From positions 1 through 40,371 of the forward strand of contig CAYZPE010000001.1 of NCBI GenBank assembly GCA_964480575.1: a stretch of 40,371 nt of DNA, given 5' to 3'. The stretch comes from an uncultured Candidatus Saccharibacteria bacterium (GTDB lineage: Bacteria; Patescibacteriota; Minisyncoccia; Phycocordibacterales; CAYZPE01). Of this stretch, positions 34,875-40,371 are shown in pieces. Numbering within the stretch: the stretch's first letter is position 1; each line of letters starts with the position of its first letter. The translations under genes and the position numbers were made by a program. The notes under the pieces were generated by a model. That model was not told the DNA's origin. It did no database searches and was given only the letters and a program-made list of their open reading frames with translations.

Positions 34875-37040
34875 ATGAATAATCCACTTAAATATATTGT
34901 TTTAACGGGTGTTTTTGGTCTCACTCTTCTTCCGTTTATTATTTCCGATAACCTCTTTTTTCCTTTTATTACCGCCAAAGGGTTTATGTTTAAGATTGTT
35001 GTAGAGTTAATTTTTGCCGCATGGCTTATTTTATGTCTCAAGGACTCATCCTATAGACCAAAACGCACTCCATTAATAATTTCATTTGCTATTTTCCTAG
35101 TAGTTATTGCTGGTGCGAACCTTTTAGGAGAGAATCCTTCGAAAAGTTTTTGGAGTAATTATGAGCGTATGGAAGGCTGGGTTTTACTGCTTCATCTTTT
35201 TGCTTATATGCTTGTTGCTGCTACTGCTCTCAAAACTGAAAAACTATGGAGATATTTTTGGAATACAAGTCTTGGTGCAAGCACTATTGTTTGCTTTATG
35301 GGAGTACTTCAGCTTTTTGGAGTGATGAATATAAATCAGGGTGATGTTCGTCTTGATGCAAATATTGGAAACGCAACATATCTTGCGGTGTACCTTCTCT
35401 TCCATATTTTTATTGCCCTTTTCTTTTATGTACGCGAACGTGAAAAGAGTGGTTTTTCTTGGTTGTATATTCTTGTTGCTTTTTTCAATGGAATTATTCT
35501 TTACCACACTGCAACTCGAGGCGCACTTCTGGGTCTGTTAGTTGGTCTGCTGGTTACCAGTATTTTGATTGCTATTTTTGAAAAAGAACGAAAGCTTTTA
35601 CGAAAATCGGCAGTTGGAATACTCGCCACGATCTTAGTTCTCACGGGAGGGTTTTTACTGCTGAAGGATACAGCATTTCTTAAAGAGAGTCCTGTGCTCT
35701 CAAGATTTAATCCACAAGCCTTACAAGGCACCGCTAGTACACGCTTTTTAGTTTGGAATATTGCGATTGAAGGTTTTAAGGAACGTCCGCTTTTGGGTTG
35801 GGGACAGGAAAATTTCAATTATGTATTTAATAAGTACTACGATCCGCAAATGCATAACGAAGAGCAATGGTTCGATCGTTCTCATAGTGTTATTTTCGAC
35901 TGGCTTATTGCAGGTGGAATTCTAGGTTTGATAGCGTATCTGCTACTTCTGGGCTCTGCAGTTTATGCTGTATGGAAAGGGAATTTCTCAGTAACTGAGA
36001 AAGCAATTCTAGTAGGTCTTATTGGTGCGTACGTATTTCAAAACCTGTTCGTTTTCGATAATATTTTGAGTTATTTCTTGTTTGTTTCACTTCTTGCATT
36101 TCTATCTTCAAATAGAGACACAGCACCTGAAATAGTAAATCTTGAAGGGGTGTCTGCAAAGGATTCATCACCACTTGGAATTGCCCTAGTAATTATTCTG
36201 CTTCTGTATGGTGGGTATGTTGTAAACTTTAAAGCGTATGCTGCAAATCGTACTCTTATTAAAGGTTTTTTTGCTGTTCAAATAAAAGATCTTAGAGCTG
36301 CAGAGGTTCATTTTGAGAAAGCTCTTGCTTATAACTCTTTGGGTACGGCAGAAATTCGTGAACAAGTTGCACAGACTGCCATGTCTCTTGCTCAATCGCC
36401 AGATGTGCCTGTAAAAACGAAAGAAACTTTTTTTGCTCTAGGAAAGAAAGCTTTAGAAGATCAGATAAGTGAAACTCCAGATGATGTTCGTCACTATGTT
36501 ATTTTCAGTTCTTTTCTCAATGCATTTGGAATGATTGACGAGTCGATTGTAGTTTTGGAAAAAGCATCTCTACTTTCTCCAAAAAAGCAGATTATACTTT
36601 TTGCATTAGGTACGGATTATTATTACAAAAAAGAGTATGAAAAGATGTACGAGCTGTTTAAAAAAGCTTATGATCTTGCTCCTGAGTTTGTCGAAGTTAA
36701 ATTGATATATGCATTCTCTGCAATAATCTCAAAGAGAGATTCTGTTGCAGAAGATGTTTTGGCAGAAGTTCCAAAAACAACAGTCGCAATGGACAATCGT
36801 CTCATTACGGCTTATCAAGAAAGAGGGTCGTTTACAAAAATTCTCGAACTTTTAAAGCTCAGAGTTTCTTATGAGCCGACTAATTATCGACATCATTATT
36901 CTTTGGCGGCTACGTATGTTGCTATGGGGGAAAGAATTAAGGCGATTACAGAGCTTGAGGAAGCAATTAAGTTAAATCCAGCAATAACAGCTGAGGCGGA
37001 AGGGTATATAAAGGAAATTAAAGCAGGCAGGAATCCGTAG
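34875..37040 (+). CDS. O-antigen ligase / Wzy_C-domain polytopic membrane protein with a C-terminal TPR-repeat domain
   Basis: About 12 N-terminal TM helices. The loop YHTATRGALLGLLVGL is typical of the Wzy_C (WaaL/PglL/Wzy) family. The C-terminal ~300 aa carry TPR-like repeats (AEVHFEKALAYNS, YELFKKAYDLAPEF, ATYVAMGERIKAITELEEAIKLNP). Confidence 0.75.
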   Translation: MNNPLKYIVLTGVFGLTLLPFIISDNLFFPFITAKGFMFKIVVELIFAAWLILCLKDSSYRPKRTPLIISFAIFLVVIAGANLLGENPSKSFWSNYERMEGWVLLLHLFAYMLVAATALKTEKLWRYFWNTSLGASTIVCFMGVLQLFGVMNINQGDVRLDANIGNATYLAVYLLFHIFIALFFYVREREKSGFSWLYILVAFFNGIILYHTATRGALLGLLVGLLVTSILIAIFEKERKLLRKSAVGILATILVLTGGFLLLKDTAFLKESPVLSRFNPQALQGTASTRFLVWNIAIEGFKERPLLGWGQENFNYVFNKYYDPQMHNEEQWFDRSHSVIFDWLIAGGILGLIAYLLLLGSAVYAVWKGNFSVTEKAILVGLIGAYVFQNLFVFDNILSYFLFVSLLAFLSSNRDTAPEIVNLEGVSAKDSSPLGIALVIILLLYGGYVVNFKAYAANRTLIKGFFAVQIKDLRAAEVHFEKALAYNSLGTAEIREQVAQTAMSLAQSPDVPVKTKETFFALGKKALEDQISETPDDVRHYVIFSSFLNAFGMIDESIVVLEKASLLSPKKQIILFALGTDYYYKKEYEKMYELFKKAYDLAPEFVEVKLIYAFSAIISKRDSVAEDVLAEVPKTTVAMDNRLITAYQERGSFTKILELLKLRVSYEPTNYRHHYSLAATYVAMGERIKAITELEEAIKLNPAITAEAEGYIKEIKAGRNP

Positions 37041-37119
37041 TTGCCTTATGTTGCGTAGTAGGATATACTTTATCTTGTGAGTGCTAATCAAGTGTTAGCC
37101 TACAAATGAATGTCTGTGT

Positions 37120-37143
37120 AAGGCCCCGCTCCGGCGGGGCTTT
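37120..37143 (+). terminator. GC-rich hairpin, likely intrinsic terminator of the glycan locus
   Basis: AAGGCCCCGC tccg GCGGGGCTTT: a 7-bp GC core extendable to 10 bp, with the short T tract inside the stem end. It lies 80 nt after the stop at 37040 in otherwise AT-rich DNA. Confidence 0.5.
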
Positions 37144-37198
37144 GCATGTATGGTGGTTTATCTAAAAGCCCTTGTCGGGTATGATAGATATATTGCCT

Positions 37199-37268
37199 CG
37201 AAAGATAGCCAACGGACGCACTCACAATAGACATTTATTTGGAGCTAGCCTCCGTTGGCTATCTTTCG
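37199..37268 (+). promoter_or_regulatory. Perfect 18-bp inverted repeat with a 34-nt spacer in the murB leader
   Basis: CGAAAGATAGCCAACGGA (37199-37216) and TCCGTTGGCTATCTTTCG (37251-37268). The right arm ends 9 nt before the murB ATG at 37278. No T tail follows. Confidence 0.5.
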
Positions 37269-37277
37269 GTACAAGCT

Positions 37278-38306
37278 ATGAAATTACAAGAACAGGTTTC
37301 GCTTTCTTCTTTCACAACATTTGGTACTGGAGGCAAGGCCCGTTACTTTATTGAGGTAAAAAATAATGAAGAGTTGATAGAAGCAATTTCTTTTGTAAAA
37401 AAGGAAGGGCTTTCTTTTTTTATACTTGGAGAAGGTTCAAATCTTCTTATTTCAGATGAAGGTTTCCAGGGTGTGGTCATTAAGGTTTCTATAGCAGGAA
37501 TTACATTTGAAAAAAAAGACGAAAAAACTTTGGTTCGGGCAGGAGCGGGAGAAAAGTGGGACTCGTTTGTAGAAAAGACTGTGGAGAAAAATCTTCATGG
37601 TCTTGAAAATCTTTCACTTATTCCAGGAACTGTCGGTGCTGCACCTGTTCAAAATATCGGAGCCTATGGAGCAGAAGCTAAAGACACTATTGTGAGTGTG
37701 TGCGTCTTGGATCTGCAATCACTTGAATTTAAAAATATATCTAATGCAGAATGTCAGTTTGGGTATCGTGACAGTATTTTTAAAAAAGAAGGAGGTAAAA
37801 ATTTTATTGTTACAGAAGTGGAATTTCTTCTCGAGGAAAACGGAAAGGTGAATAGTACGTATAAAGATGTAAAAGATTTTTTTGCTAACAAACAAATTAA
37901 GTATCCCTCTCTTAAAGAAGTTCGAGAGGTGGTTTGTGCAATACGGAAAAACAAGTTACCTGATCCAGACGTACTCGGTACTGCTGGCTCATTTTTTAAA
38001 AATCCCGTTATATCAAAAGAGCACCTCAATTCACTGCAGGAGAAGTATCACTTACTTCCTTTTTATGAAGGTTCTGCTGGGCTGTATAAAATTCCTGCGG
38101 CATGGATTCTGGATAATGTGTTGCATCTTAAGGGTTTTCGAGAGGGGAATGTGGGTTTATACGAAAGGCAGCCGTTAGCACTTGTAAATCTTGGAGGTGC
38201 GACTTCATCTGAAATAAAAAATTTCTCAGATCTGATTATAAAAAAGTTTTTTGATGTAACGGGCATCATTTTAGAAAGAGAAGTTTTGCTTATAGGTGCA
38301 TTTTAA
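37278..38306 (+). CDS. murB: UDP-N-acetylenolpyruvoylglucosamine reductase
   Basis: SLSSFTTFGTGGKARYF, ILGEGSNLL, LENLSLIPGTVGAAPVQNIGAYG and GSFFKNP are collinear with MurB. Start at ATG 37278 (MKLQEQ). The track TTG start at 37239 lies inside the inverted repeat. Confidence 0.9.
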   Translation: MKLQEQVSLSSFTTFGTGGKARYFIEVKNNEELIEAISFVKKEGLSFFILGEGSNLLISDEGFQGVVIKVSIAGITFEKKDEKTLVRAGAGEKWDSFVEKTVEKNLHGLENLSLIPGTVGAAPVQNIGAYGAEAKDTIVSVCVLDLQSLEFKNISNAECQFGYRDSIFKKEGGKNFIVTEVEFLLEENGKVNSTYKDVKDFFANKQIKYPSLKEVREVVCAIRKNKLPDPDVLGTAGSFFKNPVISKEHLNSLQEKYHLLPFYEGSAGLYKIPAAWILDNVLHLKGFREGNVGLYERQPLALVNLGGATSSEIKNFSDLIIKKFFDVTGIILEREVLLIGAF

Positions 38307-38543
38307 AATTTTTCTTCACGGAAATTTAATTTTAGTATGGTTCAGTTGTCCACATATTTGAGTAAAAAAATATTGTATCGCTACTCAAAGAGAGCATAAT
38401 TAAAACATACGCAACGCATTCCAAAATTTTTTCACTCTTTCAAATTTTTTCTTTAGAAAAAACTGAGAGACTATAAAAAGTTTTAGGAGGGTCGAGCAGG
38501 TTGTGAATATTATTCCTATTTTAAAAACAGTTCACGAACTCTT

Positions 38544-38636
38544 ATGAAGAAAAAAAAGGTAGCTAAGCGAAAAGTTGCAAAGAAGACTACTAAGCGAAAA
38601 GTTGCAAAGAAGACTACAAAGAAGCGCCGAAAATAA
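38544..38636 (+). CDS. 30-aa lysine/arginine-rich peptide (MKKKKVAKRKVAKKTTKRKVAKKTTKKRRK), histone-H1-like basic repeat
   Basis: ATG..TAA ORF below the track's size cutoff. Contains a 27-nt tandem duplication. A very strong terminator hairpin starts 8 nt after the stop. No SD of its own, but the ATG overlaps the TGA of a possible SD-led micro-ORF. Confidence 0.5.
   Translation: MKKKKVAKRKVAKKTTKRKVAKKTTKKRRK
38565..38618 (+). repeat. Tandem 27-nt direct repeat (2 copies, 26/27 identical) inside the small basic ORF
   Basis: aagcgaaaagttgcaaagaagactac[t/a] occurs twice in succession, encoding KRKVAKKTT twice. Confidence 0.9.
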
Positions 38637-38643
38637 ATTACAT

Positions 38644-38683
38644 AAAACCCGTCCCTTACTACATTTAGTAAGGGACGGGTTTT
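38644..38683 (+). terminator. Rho-independent terminator (perfect 18-bp stem, 4-nt loop)
   Basis: AAAACCCGTCCCTTACTA catt TAGTAAGGGACGGGTTTT. The A tract and T tract lie at the stem base. Confidence 0.75.
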
Positions 38684-38724
38684 GCGTAATGTGCTAGAAT
38701 ACGTCTACTTTTTAAATAAATTTT

Positions 38725-40371
38725 ATGTTTTTGTCAAAATTGTTCGGCGATAATAATACACGCATCTTAAAGACTTTAAAGCCTCTAGTTGGGGCTGTTA
38801 ATGCTTTCGAATCTAAAATTTCTGCCCTGACAGACCTTGAACTTAAGCAAAAAACTACAGAATTTAAGGAGGCGTTAAAAACTGGGAAAAACCTTGATGA
38901 TATTTTACCGGAAGCATTTGCTGTAGTACGTGAAGCGGCAAAGCGAACCTTGGGTCAGAGGCATTTTGATGTACAGCTTATGGGAGGCATGATCATGCAC
39001 CGCGGTGGTATTGCTGAAATGAAAACGGGAGAAGGTAAAACTCTTGTTGCAACACTTCCTGCATATTTAAATGCACTTGAAGGAAAGGGTGTTCATGTGG
39101 TGACGGTAAACGATTATCTTTCTCGTCGTGATGCTGTGTGGATGGGTCAAATCCATTCTTTCCTCGGACTTTCCGTTGGGGTACTTAATCATGCTGAGTC
39201 GTATTTGTATGATCCAGAGCACAAAGATCTTGATCGAGAGCGTGATGAGCTCGGATCGTATAAGGTTGTTCATGATTTTCTTCGACCAGCAACACGTCGT
39301 GAAGTCTATGATGCAGATATTACGTATGGCACAAACACTGAGTTTGGATTTGATTATCTCCGCGACAATCTTGAATATGAATTTGTAAAAATTCGCCAGA
39401 AGGATCATAATTTTGCAATTGTTGATGAAATTGATTCAATTCTTATTGATGAGGCTCGTACACCTCTTATTATTTCTGCGCCAACAACTGAGTCAGAAGA
39501 TTTGTATCGTACTTTTGCACACATAGCTCTAAAAATGAATGAAAATGAGCATTATACTGTTGATGAAAAGCATAAAACGATTTCTCTCACAGATCAGGGT
39601 ATTGGTATGGCAGAGAAATTGCTCGGCGTAGAGAATATGTATACTGAAAAAGGTATCAAATATGTGCATCATTTGGAGACTGCTGTGCGCGCAAAAGCAA
39701 ACTATAAACGCGACACTGAATATGTGGTAAAGGATGGGGAGGTTATTATTGTTGATTCTTCAACGGGTCGTCTTCAGCCAGGCCGACGTTGGTCTGAAGG
39801 ACTTCATCAGGCAATAGAAGCAAAGGAAGGTGTAATAGTGCAAAAAGAATCACGTACCTTTGCTTCAATTACGTACCAAAACTATTTCCGCATGTACAAG
39901 AAGCTTTCTGGTATGACGGGAACAGCAGCAACTTCAGCAGAAGAATTTTTCAAGGTGTACAGACTTGAAACATTCGAGGTTCCGACAAATAAACCAATTG
40001 CAAGAGCTGATCGTAATGATTTGATTTTTCAAACAGAAACAGGAAAATTTAAAGCACTTGCCAAGACAATTAAAGAGCTACAAAAGAAAGGTCAGCCAGT
40101 TCTTATTGGTACGGTTTCGATTGAGAAAAATGAAATGCTTTCAAACTATCTTCGTCGCGACGGTGTTGTGCACGAGCTTTTGAATGCAAAAAATCACGAA
40201 AGAGAAGGAGAAATTATTGCTCAGGCAGGACGAAAGGGTGCGGTAACGATTGCAACCAATATGGCAGGCCGTGGTGTGGATATTAAGCTTGGGGGAATTC
40301 CTGCAACTCCAGAACAGGTTGATGAGGTGAGAAAGCTCGGAGGTCTTTATGTGATTGGTACTGAACGCCAT
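38725..40371 (+). CDS. secA: Preprotein translocase ATPase SecA, N-terminal 549 codons; the 3' end lies outside the window
   Basis: [16 protein letters not shown]..., [108 protein letters not shown] and ending VIGTERH. The frame is open to the last base, and the track does not list it because no stop is reached. Confidence 0.95.
   Translation, partial: MFLSKLFGDNNTRILKTLKPLVGAVNAFESKISALTDLELKQKTTEFKEALKTGKNLDDILPEAFAVVREAAKRTLGQRHFDVQLMGGMIMHRGGIAEMKTGEGKTLVATLPAYLNALEGKGVHVVTVNDYLSRRDAVWMGQIHSFLGLSVGVLNHAESYLYDPEHKDLDRERDELGSYKVVHDFLRPATRREVYDADITYGTNTEFGFDYLRDNLEYEFVKIRQKDHNFAIVDEIDSILIDEARTPLIISAPTTESEDLYRTFAHIALKMNENEHYTVDEKHKTISLTDQGIGMAEKLLGVENMYTEKGIKYVHHLETAVRAKANYKRDTEYVVKDGEVIIVDSSTGRLQPGRRWSEGLHQAIEAKEGVIVQKESRTFASITYQNYFRMYKKLSGMTGTAATSAEEFFKVYRLETFEVPTNKPIARADRNDLIFQTETGKFKALAKTIKELQKKGQPVLIGTVSIEKNEMLSNYLRRDGVVHELLNAKNHEREGEIIAQAGRKGAVTIATNMAGRGVDIKLGGIPATPEQVDEVRKLGGLYVIGTERH

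Noticed and set aside
37041-37277. A tRNA or other known structured ncRNA in the ligase-murB gap
   Set aside because: I could fold no cloverleaf and saw no T-loop (GTTCRANYC-like) or anticodon-arm pattern. I saw only a GC terminator hairpin and the 18-bp inverted repeat.
37239-38306. The TTG start at 37239 for MurB, and the 60-aa ORF at 37172-37354
   Set aside because: Both lie across the perfect inverted repeat. The MurB homology begins at MKLQEQVSLSSFTTFGTGG (ATG 37278). The 60-aa ORF has no features and overlaps murB out of frame.
38565-38618. The tandem 27-nt repeat as a CRISPR-like or minisatellite array
   Set aside because: There are only two directly adjacent copies with no spacers, in frame within a small ORF, and no cas genes in the window.
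39067-40371. Minus-strand ORFs 39067-39408 and 40141-40371, and the + ORF 39128-39388
   Set aside because: They lie inside the unambiguous SecA reading frame (38725 onward), which the track omits only because it has no stop in the window.
1-40371. Phage-defence, toxin-antitoxin or secondary-metabolite (NRPS/PKS) systems
   Set aside because: I recognised no nuclease, helicase, Cas, restriction-modification, abortive-infection, toxin or megasynthase signatures. All seven methyltransferases look like small-molecule class I enzymes with no DNA-methyltransferase motifs (no DPPY/NPPY or PCQ) that I could see.

Overview
Low-GC (~35% from hand-counted samples) bacterial window. Almost all of it is one co-directional cell-envelope glycan super-locus (about 2355-37040, + strand), with many abutting or overlapping stop/start junctions. 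On the left are the 3' end of a type IV secretion coupling-protein-like ATPase and a secreted PKD+LTD surface protein. On the right are housekeeping murB, a tiny lysine-rich peptide gene and the 5' part of secA. The gene style (TraG-like ATPase with a K/P-rich tail, PKD/LTD protein, O-antigen-ligase-like protein fused to TPR repeats, very compact genes) fits a CPR/Patescibacteria-like genome, but that is inference only. The locus holds 6 glycosyltransferases, 7 class I SAM methyltransferases, 2 AsnB-type amidotransferases, wecB, a Wzx-like flippase, a neuB-neuC-neuA nonulosonic-acid module followed by a D-2-hydroxyacid dehydrogenase, and two paralogous TagF-like GT-B transferases. The most unusual part is 14005-21627. 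It combines a nucleotidyltransferase fused to a DHQS-like sugar-phosphate cyclase, an SDR, an APH/choline-kinase-fold kinase, a CDP-alcohol phosphotransferase, a second LicC-like nucleotidyltransferase and two PhyH-like dioxygenases. I read this as a candidate, undescribed NDP-cyclitol / cyclitol-phosphate decoration pathway. Other notable points: (1) the fusion gene has no canonical start codon, and an A9 run sits exactly where a -1 shift would fuse it to the upstream phosphotransferase; (2) a ~650-bp, ~49% GC NUDIX cassette flanked by hairpins is inserted in the locus; (3) a 30-aa tandem-repeat basic peptide has its own strong terminator; (4) a perfect 18-bp inverted repeat lies just upstream of murB. 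No rRNA, tRNA, CRISPR array, transposase or integrase was recognised.
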